Source: Tubulanus polymorphus
Lineage: Eukaryota; Animalia; Nemertea
Reading direction: 5' to 3'
Length of the DNA: 64,000 nt
NCBI RefSeq assembly: GCF_964204645.1
Contig: NC_134032.1
Location: forward strand, 7,614,275 to 7,678,274
Shown here: positions 23,974 to 36,759 of the stretch, one piece after another
Layout of the letters: each line of letters starts with the position of its first letter
Numbering within the stretch: position 1 is the stretch's first letter
Translations under genes and position numbers: made by a program
Notes under the pieces: generated by a model
Database searches by the model: none
The model's input: only the letters and a program-made list of their open reading frames with translations
Told to the model about the DNA's origin: nothing

Positions 23974-26456
23974 GACAAGGCAATAAACTACACGACACAG
24001 AAAACCTTCTTGCGAGTGAAGATGCCACAACACCAGTACATGAACAAACGATACAGACAGACATATCTGAAGATTATCTGGAACAACTGAATTTATTAAA
24101 AGAACAGCTGAAAAATGTCGAAAAGGAAAATGGCAATTTAAAAATCATTAATAGTCGCTTGGAAAAATTAATGACGGATAATAATGTTTTTACTGTATCG
24201 GAAGGTTCTCTAGATCATATATTCAAAGCTATTATTCTATCAGGTTCTCGAACAAATGAACATCATTTTTGCAAACTTGAAAAACCAAACACATCCATTT
24301 CAGAGTCAAGTCGACAGACTGTTGAGAAGAGAGCTTCCAAAGCAAAATCAATACTACAATTTATTTCATCCAAAGACCAAAGTATCACTGAGGCTGCTAA
24401 ATTAGTTGCACATATGTTGGAGAAAGATGAAAATCTAAAAAATCTTGTAATCAATGAATTTCCAGAAATGAAAGGAACTAAGCTCACTCCTGAACAGTCA
24501 GTTGACTTGAAACTGAATTTGCGTCTTACAATGACCAAAATGCTAGAATTAGACCGTAACTTGAAAAGTCAAAAAATGTAAAGGTGTTTCCCTCATCAGA
24601 TATGATTCGAGCAGAATTAAAAAAACGCAGTGATCACATCGATCAGAATATATTCACTTGCGAAATGAATTTAGTGATCAATGCTCGAACTCTAGAAGAA
24701 AAACTTGTCCCCTATGTATACATAGTGAATTTAAAATCACATCTTGAATACGTTGTTAACAATTTGATAGTCACCGGAAAATTTGTGACTGATGAGCATT
24801 TTCATGATGAAATTTGGGTAAAGATCGGAGCCGATAAAGGTGGTGGCTCTTCGAAGCTAGTACTGTCTGTACTAAATAGTACACTAGTAAACAGTACCGA
24901 TCACACCGAGTTGATCTCATATTTCGAAGCTGTCGATAAGATCATATTTGGCAAAATCTTTGATCAACTGCCACAAATTAGATATGTCGAATGTAGTAGA
25001 GGAACTTTGGCTATAAGATTTTTTCTGATCGGCGATTTAGCTTTTCTGTGTACATGTATGGGCCACCAGGGTTCATCGGCTTCTTATCCATGCCTTTGGT
25101 GTGAAATTAGATTGGAACAGCTGAGAAAACGTGATGGTAAACCACACACACCTGATCATATAGTAGTGCAGTGTAGAACTGTAGCCGATTATAATGTTAA
25201 TGCTGAAAAGCAGCAACCAGGGCAAAACACAAAAAGCATTTGCAATGAAATGCTAGTGAGGATTGACGATTTGGACCATTTAGTTCCTCCTCCACTGCAC
25301 ATATCTTTGGGGTTAGGTCTATTATTCTTTGAGATGTTGGAGCAGAAATGTCAGGAAGTCGACAATGAATGATTAAAAGATCGGGATATCGATTTGTACA
25401 GAAACTGGAAAGAAAAATCCCTAGATGTATGCGCAGTGCAGGAGGAATTAAATCAGTACAAGGAAATGATTGTCACTCTTAATCAAACTGTTGACCTTCT
25501 AAAACAATCCAAAAAAGGGTCGTTGTGTTATTAGTTGTTCAGCAAAGATTTGTTTGATTAGAAACATTCCGAATGCCAAACAAAATGATTTTGTTGAGTG
25601 CATTGATTGCGATTCCCCCTATCACAAGCAATGTATATTTGGACCTACAGCTAATTTCAAATGTATGGAATGTTGTACGGGGAAAACTATGTCAGCGGAT
25701 AGTATTATCAAGCTGAAAATTCAAGAAATATCGGAAAAGAAATCTGAGTTAGCTGATCTAAAATCGAGATTGTCTGAAGCTCAAAACCAATTACAGGAAA
25801 TATTCAAAGTTGTTAATTCATCAATGGGGCCGGTTACAAAACGGCTAAATGAAATTCTTGCCGAAATAGGTATTGATCGGCAAGCGTACTATGGTGGTTG
25901 CATTGTTGGAAACCATATAAATAAAATGCTCAAAAATGATGACAAATCCAACAATCCACAGAAACTATGTAGTGTTCTCTCAGGTCATGCTGATGATGAT
26001 TACACGAAATTTCTCGAGCTATTCGAGAGACTTAGTAACTTATATGCACTATACACGGCATGTAGATTTCTCACAGCAGATGAAAAGTCCTTATTCCGTA
26101 AACTGTGTCATGATTTCGGACGATTTTACACCGACGCATTTCCTAGTTCCACTATCACGCCAAAACTCCATATACTTATTTACCACGCTCCTGATTTTGT
26201 TGATATGTGGGGTTCTCTGGGGCTCTTCGGTGAGCAAGGACTTGAAGGTAAACACGCAAGCGTGAACAGAGACAACAGAATCTACTGTACAGTCCGTGAT
26301 CAAGTTCTGCGAACTAAATATCTATTCATCAATCAAGGTCTTTACGCGACAGAACCACCAAAATCCGAAGCAACGAAACGAAAATGCGAGTGTGGTGGCT
26401 TATACATCAGTCAAGATAACACTCGACAGTGTAAAAAGTGTAAAAGGCTTGTTTGA
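23974..26456 (+). pseudogene. Chapaev-like DDE transposase with inserted PHD finger (2 frameshifts, 1 internal stop); possible upstream exons from 23325
   Basis: IWVKIGADKGGGSSK (D1), FLIGDLAF (D2), SASYPCLWC, PPPLHISLG, QAYYGGCIVGNH, TPKLHILIYH, LGLFGEQGLEGKH (E); lesions at ~24575, 25370 and ~25515. Confidence 0.82.
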
Positions 26457-29431
26457 ATGTATGTACCGTTACCTGAAAAGAAAACGGAAAATTATTGTAA
26501 ATGTATACCGCACGCATGTATATATCTTATATTTCACTTTTATTCGTTAAAATCACACAGATCGGTGAAATAAGGCAGAGTATTTCTTGTTTGCTCTTAA
26601 TATAATTGAGAGAAAAAAATTATGAGATTTTATTTACTCACCTTTTTACTTCACACGAACAGTTGTCGGTTTCAAGATTCACGATATATATACAATTGTC
26701 TTCTCTGCATAAAAAATATTAATTACTGTAAAATATTAAATTGAAAATTTGGAATTCTAATACAAGTAGATTATGAGATTTTGTCTGGTTAGCTAATGAT
26801 AGCTTATTGGTTAATGTTGTGCAGTGATAAATGGAATAACAAATAAATTAATATATTTGGAACAAAAATACTGACAATCATTTTCATGTGCACAATCTTA
26901 AGTATCATGTTGGTTCTGCCAGAATGGGTTAGCTGCGTGAATTGACTTGGAAACTTAACCAAACAGCACAGACTACAGCCTCGAATCAACATTAAATGTT
27001 TCCCATGGACCCGAGTCGACCCAGTTTCCCAAATGAATATTAGACCCAAATCGAACAAATCAACTAGCCACCAGAAACAAACATGGAAGTGGTTCAAAAC
27101 TACTTACTTTATTCTAAAATATTCCTGGGTTCAATCGCCATATTAGTTTAGGGTTCATTTCATTTTCGGTAGCCAAGGCTAAGTTTTGAGTACGTTGTGA
27201 GAAACTTTTTGATTTTCAATCACTGAAATCAAAAGATGAAAGAAACTAAGCCCCCAATACTTAACCTCACTGCCATATATACGGCAATCAGTGGGTCTTT
27301 AGGCCTACTATTAGCTTAGTCTTCATCAAATAAAAAGGAAGGACAAAAAGGCCTACCAGGTACACTGGACCAGGAGACCTAATCAGCCTGTAATTTGCCT
27401 TACAAAAGATCCTATAAATACTTACACGCTTATTTGGCAGCACACATTTCCTAAATAGACTTAATTACTCTCTGCTGTTAAGGGAGAACTCTTTTAAGCT
27501 TTTTTCTTCGTTGAAAAATCGCATTCATCATCGATTCAATAAACCCGGAAGTAAAAGTAAACGTCAATATCAAGTAACTAACAAACTGCATCTTCTCAAG
27601 AATTGTCTTAAGCTCAAATATGAACCGATTGAGGTATAAATATGTTGCGATAGTCCGTGTTTAAACTGATACAGACATCTAAAATACGCGTGAAACGGCA
27701 ATAATCCGCGGTCGTGTCGCTAGCGAAAAGGCGGCCATTGTTATTTCTCGGAACCTATGTATCGGCTTGCTGTCACCGATTCAATTCAATTAAATATTGA
27801 TACATGGCTGAAGCCCGCGGCCGAATCACTGGTGGTAATGAATTTATTTATTTCGATACCTCGTCAACACTACAGCTTTTCTCCGCTGCATCTTTTCGAT
27901 GTGTTTAGTTTAGGCCTACGACTCGCCGGTACTTTAATGGTACTTAAATGATATATCGTACAATATCCGGTTAATTTTGTAAAGGAAAATAGAATATTGT
28001 TAAACTAACTGTTTGAAGGCCAAAACACTGGGTGTAATACATTTATGTGTACTTGATTTGATTCCCATGGCGAGGAGAACTTGCAGCGGATCCGTGGAAC
28101 GACGATGTAAAAACACACGTTGATTCATCGATCTTTACAGCTCGAAAGTGCGTATAATATTCTGAGCAGCAAATATCCTGTGGATCGGTTAAGTGTACTG
28201 ATGAAGAAAATGCTCAATTGTTAAAATTACTGTTTGAAGACCGCGGCTGAATGTGAAGTCATGCGGCAATAAATTTGTTTATTTATACTTGAATTGATAA
28301 TCGAAGTGACGAGCACCTGTGGTGGATTTCGGCATGACGACTCAGGAAAGGTTGAGCCCCATTCGATGAGGCTCAACCTTCGATGTTTACAGTGATTTGT
28401 AACGTCGATTCATCAAAATTCCCATGGAGTATTTGTAGATCGAAGTGAGCACAAGGCAATCAAACGGATTGTATCGGAAACAGTGGTAAGGTAAAAAGCC
28501 CATGTACTGTCGACGAAAATAGTGTGGAAAATGGAAAAAAAGAATAAATCACGTGAATTTCAATAGGGTTTTCTATGGAGAAACAGAAAATGCTAATAAC
28601 TTATCAAGCAGTTTTGTTTTATGTCATAACATTTCATTGATGTGGGCCTACACTGTAAACTAAACAAGACTTATGATCTCCAGTCAAAAGAAAATCTAGA
28701 TTTCCTTCAAAAAGCTACGTTTATTGATTTATGTATATCATTTAATGTAACGTCGCGAAACAGTAAGCGTAAAAGTAAGTGGTAAACTTTTCCAATTCAG
28801 AGTGCTCTATTCTATCCATGGGTACACCGGTATCAATTCCGTAAACCTACTTCAACCGAAAGTCAAATGAGACCCGGGACTAGTAAGATGAATAATCTAA
28901 ACTAAAAGGTATGTGATGTATTGGATCGGTTTATCTCGTGAATTTTAGACGAGAGAAATTTGATACGTAACTTACAACAAAGTCAAAGCCCGACTCAACG
29001 TGCAGCGATACTGCGCCACGCGTAGCGTGTATTAATTTAATTAGGTCAATTTCTGGCATTATACATGAAGAGGCGGGGCTAACTGCCAATCATTGAGTGC
29101 GTCTTGGAAACAATAACAACTTTGACAGGCGTTCCCCAAACCTATATTCGATCATGCCAAACTGAATTTCATAATAATACAGAATGATATGAATTCAATA
29201 CCTGCACCCCATACGTGGTCAAGGTGTGATCTAGTGCGCTACCATAGAGCTTAGACTTGTATCTATATGACTTACCACCAACGGGAAACTATCATGCAGT
29301 ACATTTCTTTGTTTTAATTTAGATTTTTATCGGAGTGTATATTAACGTTTCTTGTGGATGTAATATTGTGTAATAATGCTAAATATAATTCTCTTGTAAA
29401 TTGATCAGCCTGATATTGTGCAATCTCCGGC

Positions 29432-31373
29432 ATGTTGAAATCGCTAGAACTAGATGAAAAACCTGTTTCAAGTGATCAACTCCGTACACAATACATTTAT
29501 CTGGCTAGGAAATACCACCCGGATAAAAATCCAAATGAGGACTCGACAACAAAGTTCCAACAGGTAAACAAAGCCTATATTAACTTACGAGATATCCTGA
29601 AAAATGAATCGGAAGGCAAAATTCGCAGGTCGTCGTCGTCTTCATCTACCCCGGTAACAATCAATGAGAAAACCATGTCGGTTGTAGTTGAGTTAAAAAC
29701 TGATCATGTCCTGCCACTGTTGCGATTATTCAGAGAAAGTTATGGTGACCCGATCGATCGTGGGAACCATGGATTACACTTCAAAACGACGTATGATGAC
29801 AGCTTCTATATTATACACATAATCGTATACAAAGGCTCGAAAAACAAAACCCCTAAAGTGCATGTTCAGGGAAATTCTTTTCTGCTTTGGGTCAGTGAGC
29901 AGCTGCCGGGTATACTCAATAAACTTGCGCAGAAAATCGACAAACCTTTATCACCAACTGAAGCAAAGAAGAAACCGAAGAGCAGTTGTATAATTTGCAC
30001 AAAGTCAGATGACGACGACATGCTGCAATGTTCCCTTTGTGACTCCTGGACTCATAACTGCTGCTCTGCGCTGAATTGCGATTATGTACAGAAGCTCTCA
30101 GCTAACCTAGATGAAGTGTAGACCTACCATCTGTGATCCTGAACTACCTTCCTCTCCGGAAGGAAATGATCCTGCGGTGCCTACATCCACTACCTCTACA
30201 GGTACACAATGTGATGGCGGTGCCGTTGTTTTGGATGCAAGCCTGCTGTTGGAAGTGTTCCAATCGCTACAGTCCTCAGTCGTCCAGTTATGCCAACAAG
30301 TAGAAAAATGTGCGAAAAAATGTGACCTCAAATTCATTTCGGATAAAGTGAATAACTCGATAGAGCGAATTGACAACTTAGCGCAGAATTGTAAACTTTT
30401 TCCTGAGCTTATAAACTACGAAAAAAGTATAAAGACAAACAGTGACCGCAACGAATCACACGTTAAAGAAATCCTGAAATGTACCAAAGCGTTCACCAAA
30501 TCAAGTGACCTTCAATCGGAACTGTGCTCGGTTAAGGAAGCCCTGGAAGAGAGAGATGCTACTATTGTGGAACTGATCGAAAATATCGAAATGTATCGCG
30601 TAGCCAACTCAGAAAAAGTTGATAAATCATCATCTCCGCAGCGTGTTAATAAGACAAAACAAAAGCGTTGCCCCCGTGTGGCTCCGGACGATAACATGGT
30701 TAGGGTCACGGTACCCTATGATACTAACAATAACGAAACACCCGCCAAGTATAATGATGCGCATGAGACTCGCGGCGAATCCATTAACTCTGTATTCAAC
30801 GATCAGGACTCCGCATGTTCTGACAACCACAAGCGAGATCGTCAGCGAAACAATAGGCGTAAACATATAATTATTGTAGGTGATTCAAACCTTAGGTATG
30901 TGGATGAAAGTCGTTTCATCAGAGACCAATGTTTCGTAGAAAAGTATGCGGCGTACACCATGGCAGAAGCGCGTGATGTGATAAGGGAATTGTGTGATGA
31001 ACCCGATTGTATCGTTTTGCATGTCGGTACCAATGATATAAAGAACACAGGTTGCGCTGACAAATGCGTTTTGGAAAGGACCGATCTTGCGAATTTTTTA
31101 AAAAGCAAATTCCCATGTTCAAAGCTTGTTGTGGCTCTAGTTCCGCCCCGATTCGATCACCACCATCTGGATGTCAAGTCCCGACTATTCAACGCTGCAG
31201 TTGAATCAATAGCTGCTGATGACAAATCAACTCTAACATGTCGTGATGATAATCTTAACAACAGAAGACTCTTTGCGGACCGTATCCATCTAAGTCGAAA
31301 TGATGGTGTAAGACTCTTTGCCAGGAACCTGGTAGTCGCAGCTCGAAAATCGTTGGACCTTTTTACACCGTAA
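29432..31373 (+). pseudogene. LINE ORF1: J-domain - QG-motif domain - PHD finger - coiled coil - SGNH/GDSL esterase (stop/frameshift at ~30120)
   Basis: LARKYHPDKNPNEDSTTKFQQVNKAY; IHIIVY...KVHVQG...LLW; CIIC...MLQCSLCDSWTHNCC...TIC; IIIVGDSNL, VLHVGTNDI, DRIHL. Confidence 0.88.
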
Positions 31374-31871
31374 CGTGTCGCGAAATAACATGACCGAATC
31401 ATCGAACATGCTTCAGATATGTAAATGGAATGTGCATGGTCTGATTAATCAGCTTGGAAACAAGCTGATGGACAGCTTCTTCCAAAGACAAATAAAACCG
31501 TATGATATAATCTGTCTTACGGAAACACACACAGATCATGATGCTGTTCTACAGCTCCCTGGTTATTTTATTTATCACTCAGTAAGGGAACGTTCCAAAA
31601 ACGCCAGACGTAACTCAGGAGGAATTGTTATCCTATGTAAAAGCTATCTGAAACATCATGTAAAAGTAGTTGAGCGGTCATCATCTGACATCATTTGGAT
31701 CAAGTTTGATAAAAACCCAAAAAATCTCAAACCACTTTTCATAGCAGCTTGTTACTTAAGCCCCTCGAACTCTACATATGGAACAAAAAATTCAGATGAT
31801 ACCATTCAACTACTAAATCGAGTTGCCTGATATACAGCTCTTTGGGCAATGTGTTACTATTAGGCGATTTT

Positions 31872-31983
31872 TTTTATCTTAAAATAGGGATTGTCCCCAT
31901 TATTTATTTATTTGGCTGGTAAATTTTGTTTGATTTTTCGATTGAGTGTCCCTTACAGACCCACCACACCTGCCGGGAGCAAA
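31872..31983 (-). mobile_element. 112-bp retroposed insert inside the endonuclease region
   Basis: Flanked by 16-bp near-perfect TSD ACTATTAGG(C/T)GATTTT (31856-31871, 31984-31999); minus strand ends AATAAA...A-run. Confidence 0.65.
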
Positions 31984-32502
31984 ACTATTAGGTGATTTTA
32001 ACTGCAGAATAGATGAATCTAATGAAATTAATAGATTTGATGCTTCAGACAAACTTTATTTGCCTAACCTAGCCAGTTTAGAAATATCTCCCCCCCCCCC
32101 CCCACAGTAGGCATATCTAACAGGAAGAGCAAAGATAAAGTAATTAATAAAATGGGGAGGAAACTAATTGATTTGTGCAAAACTTTTAACTCCAACTTCC
32201 TGAATGGCAGGGCACCGGGTGACTTCCTCGGGGAATTCACTTGCCATCAATGGAATGGGGGTAGTGTTGTTGACTTGGCTATAGTAAATGAGGATATCTT
32301 CCCGCTAGTTGAGTATTTTCACGTGCACAGGTGCCTATCAGAACTCTCTGATCACTGTCCGATCGGTATAGGTATTAGCTATGAAAATCTGTATAATCCT
32401 TTTTAACTTCTTGACAATAGTGCCACCAATGAATTTGAATACGTAAATTTTCGAAACAACCATCTTAAGAAATATAAAACACCACCCCAGGTGAAAGACT
32501 TC

Positions 32503-33439
32503 ATAGCTAGTCCTGAGATAGATGCTAAATTAGATAACTTTCTAAGTAACTCCATCTGGAACTCAGCCAATCCAACTGCCAGTGATGTATATAGGATCAA
32601 TGATGAATTTATAAATATTATAAACAACGGCTCTAATATATATACCCGACTTAAATGTTTCACCGATAAATGCAACAAGCTGTGGTACGATAGTGAATGT
32701 ATGAAGTCACGTAGAATTGTTCAAGGCCTTAGCAAGCAGCTGCAAAAATCGCCATCTCAGGCCAATAGACAAAACTACTTTTATGCTAAGAAATACTACA
32801 AAAAACTTGTTAAAGGCAAACGTGCCCAATTTAGACAGTCAAAATTTGATAAAACCGCGAACTGAAAGCAAGACCAAGAGAATATTAGAAGCTTGTAAAC
32901 GAATTAGCAAAAAACGGAAAAATATCCGTATCTGATAATGCTCTTCCAAACCCTGATAAATTTGTTAGTCATAATAGCTAGTCCTGATATAGATGCTAAA
33001 TTAGATAACTTTCTAAGTAACTCCATCTGGAACTCAGCCAATCCAACTGCCAGTGATGTATATAGGATCAATGATGAATTTATAAATATTATAAACAACG
33101 GCTCTAATATATATACCCGACTTAAATGTTTCACCGATAAATGCAACAAGCTGTGGTACGATAGTGAATGTATGAAGTCACGTAGAATTGTTCAAGGCCT
33201 TAGCAAGCAGCTGCAAAAATCGCCATCTCAGGCCAATAGACGAAACTACTTTTATGCTAAGAAATACTACAAAAAAACTTGTTAAAGGCAAACGTGCCCA
33301 ATTTAGACAGTCAAAATTTGATAAAACCGCGAACTGAAAGCAAGACCAAGAGAATATTAGAAGCTTGTAAACGAATTAGCAAAAAACGGAAGAATATCCG
33401 TATCTGATAATGCTCTTCCAAACCCTGATAAATTTGTTA
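32503..33439 (+). repeat. 471-bp tandem duplication inside ORF2
   Basis: Units start ATAGCTAGTCCTGA at 32503 and 32974; same peptide IASP.IDAKLDNFL...KKYYKK appears twice. Confidence 0.92.
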
Positions 33440-36400
33440 ACCATTTCAAAACGATTTTCGAGGCCAAACAAAAGTCAGATGTACAGTCGGAATTATGTGA
33501 CCCTGTCCCAGATAATAACGCTATTTTTCACGAGTTAGACTATTTAATCTCAGATTCCGAAGTCAGAAAAGCCATTTTGGAACTAAAAAACAACAAATCC
33601 CCTGGGATAGACTGCATCACTAATGAACTATTGAAATATGGTCTGGAAAATATCATACAGCCACTAACCAAACTCTTCAATCTAGTATATTCGTCGGGAC
33701 ATTTTCCCAAACAGTGGTCTGAAGGTATAATCGTACCATTACACAAGAAAGGTGACAAGAGTGACCCTGATAATTATCGGGGCATCACATTAAGCATCTG
33801 ATTAGGCAAATTATTCTCCACCATTATTAATAAAAGGCTACTGCCCTTCTTGAAGTCCAACAAAGTTATTGCACCAAACCAAATAGGATTCATGCCCAAA
33901 TGCCGGACGACCGATCATCTCTTCACCCTCAATAGACTTATAGAAAAAAAGTTCTCTCGCAAAGAAAAGCTATACTGTTGCTTCATCGACTTGAAGAAAG
34001 CGGTTGATTCGGTCTGGCATGAGGGGCTGGTACACAAAATTAAAAAATTCGCATTCGGAAAAAACTTCACAAAAATAATTGAGAAGATGTATGAAAATCT
34101 ATCATGGCGTCTGAAAGTCAATCGAGGTCAGGTCTCCCCACAATTCAGCTCAACTATAGGTGTTCAGCAAGGCAATGTTTTGAGCCCATTATTATTTAAT
34201 CTGTACATAAATGACTTAATGTCCGTCTTTGATGAAAGCTGCTGTCCGGTTTCAATTGGAGATATTTTAATTAATTGCTAAGCATATGCAGATGATTAAG
34301 TTATTGTATCAAATATTAAGGAAGGTTTACAGAATTGTCTTGACAAAATTAATGATTATTGTTCAACATGGAAACTTGACATGAACACTGCGAAAAGTAA
34401 AGTCGCAATATTTAATAGAAAAGGGCAGATTCCAATTAACACCGAATTCTTCATAAATGGGCAAAATCTTGAAATTGTTAGCGAACACAAATACTTAGGC
34501 TTGACTTTTTCCGCTAATGGTTCCTTTCATAGGGCAAAGGAAGAACTTAGAAAATCCGCCAATCGAGCTATGTTAAGTATAATACGCATGATAGGACACC
34601 AAAATTGCTATATGGTTGCGAGGTGTGGATGCCCAACAATAACCTGGCCAATAAATTGCTGAAAAACAAGGCTTTCTCTTTGGAAGAAACTTTTGAAAAG
34701 GACATCCACCTCACACAACTTTTAACCAAATTTTGTAAATTCGTGCTGAATGTGAATAGAAGAACCACCAACATAGCTGTGACAGGAGAATTGGGGAAAT
34801 ATCCCTTGTATATTAACTGTTGTACCAGAATTATTACTTATTGGAAACATATATGTACAGATAGCGACGGAATTGTAAATAGAACACTGAAAGATATCCG
34901 GGATGAGGATAAGTTTCATTGTGATTGGAAAGTGTTTTTGAATGCGTTGTTATAGACTAGCAGAAGCGATGTAGATGTATATAGTAATTTTGTACCGACT
35001 AATCTTCCCAACTGTATTAAACATATCCTACAAGAAAGATACAAAATATTTTGGCATGATAAAATCCAAAAATTCAATAAACTTCAATGCTGGAGTAATA
35101 TTAAATCCGAATTTTGCATGGAACTGTACCTACTACTTAATATCCCAAAAACATTTAAATCTGCAATATCCCGACTCAGATTAAGCGCACACTCCCTACT
35201 AATTGAAAAAGGGAGACACCTCAATCTAGCAAGAGAGAATACGTTATGTGAAAAATGTAATATTGTTGAGGATGAATTCCACTTTGTTATGCAATGTTCA
35301 AAGTGGTCTGACAATAGAAAAAGTCTTCTTGAAGAATTATATAGAAATTTTCCGGAATGCAGGAGGTTCTCAAGTGAGTGTAAATTCAGAACCATTATGT
35401 CAACTCTACAGATGGCGTATAGCCTTGGGAAATTTATAAAGGCTTCTTGCTAGATTCAGCTATGTGTATGTATATGACATGATATGACGTTGTTTACTGA
35501 ATCAGATTTTTTACTTTTACATAGCCTACTCATATGAACCGTCTCGGACTATTGAATTCTAGTCATAGTATAGAGAAACTAGTGTATCTGCCTATCTTAT
35601 CATGTTTGTATATAGACTGCTATAAATTATATCTAGTTTTGATATATACTAAACATGTATTCTTGTTTGTTTTCCTCTTTATTGTAAAAAGCCAATAATG
35701 TCATTTGAATATAATGGTGCAATAAAGATTAAATTGAATTGAATTGTGAAAAGGGGCATCAACATCGATGAGTTGTTTGTATTAATTGGAATAGGTAATT
35801 AGTTGTGCTCAAAAGTAATATCAGTGTCACACACATGTCGGTGTCAAAACATGTCAGCTGTACTCATACAGTAGTACTCTCTCCATTATATATAATCTAA
35901 AATATTGTTAAGCACACAGTTTGATAGTTGGAGTTGTAAGATAGAAGTTGAAAATAAATCATCTAAATTCAAGATCATGGCGTTATTTCAATGATGAGAA
36001 AAGGACAAGATATTCACGTCATGACAAAACGACGCTGTTTCAATAGTTTCGGTTTCGGGAACCCCATGAAAGCTAGGGTTGGTTTCATTCATTTCCAATA
36101 GGAGCCAGGTTTGTTCCGTCATTTCCTGGGCAGGCGGTCCACCTCTAGTCTAGTCTTAAGACACTCTTAAATCGATTTTGTTAATTTGTTTTGGGATTTA
36201 GTGAAACTCGTTTTATAAATGGAGTCGTATTAACGGGTCTAAATCGATTTAAGAGTTGAAATCGATTTTAGATTTGAACTTTTTTGTGAAACCGGGCCCT
36301 GGTTTCACCCACCGAAAACACCGATTTTCGTATACAGACTGAAAGCGCCCAACTGTACATTCGTAAGCTTGAACTGGATAGTTCGGTTTTAGTAGCGCAT

Positions 36401-36759
36401 GCTAAGGCACTGGAAAATAATACGGCAAAATATAATTTTTCGAGAACTGAATTATCATCGTTAAACATTCCACGAGGTTATAGAACGATTATCAAGGATT
36501 CCGTTTTCGTCGGCGAGACACCTATTCTTTAAGGCCATTCTTTAAGCTTAAGTGGATGACAAAGCGTCGAGTGGTAATAACAAAAACAATCTATTCTACA
36601 TGTATTTCAAAAATTATTTTTTTGAACTATATAGGGATTACCGTTGATAACGTCCATACACAAAACTCGCCGTTAATTATTGACTCCCGCGGTGACGGAA
36701 ATATGAACACTTAAGAGTGTATTTCGATTGAAGTACAAGAAAATCATGCCATAGACAGT

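Larger units (their letters stand above)
22141..28447 (+). mobile_element. Chapaev-like (CMC / Transib-RAG1-related) DNA transposon; ends tentative
   Basis: Encloses the transposase below; imperfect TIRs CACTTCGTTCTA... / ...TAGATCGAAGTG with further patchy matches; flanks AGCC / AGCA resemble a 4-bp TSD with one mismatch. Confidence 0.5.
31390..35453 (+). pseudogene. LINE ORF2: apurinic-like endonuclease + reverse transcriptase + C-terminal Cys/His motif, many stops and frameshifts
   Basis: WNVHGL, CLTETH, SGGI, LLGDF, SVVD, SDHCPI; KSPGID, DNYRGI, QIGF, CFIDLKKA, GVQQGNVLSPLLFNLYIND, AYADD, KYLG; HSLLIEKGRH...CEKC...EDEFHFVMQC. Confidence 0.93.
29330..35746 (+). mobile_element. Near full-length CR1/L2-group LINE (5' end approximate)
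   Basis: ORF1 (esterase type) + ORF2 (APE-RT) + 3' UTR ending AATAAA (35721) and ATTGA-repeat tail; no TSD found. Confidence 0.88.
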
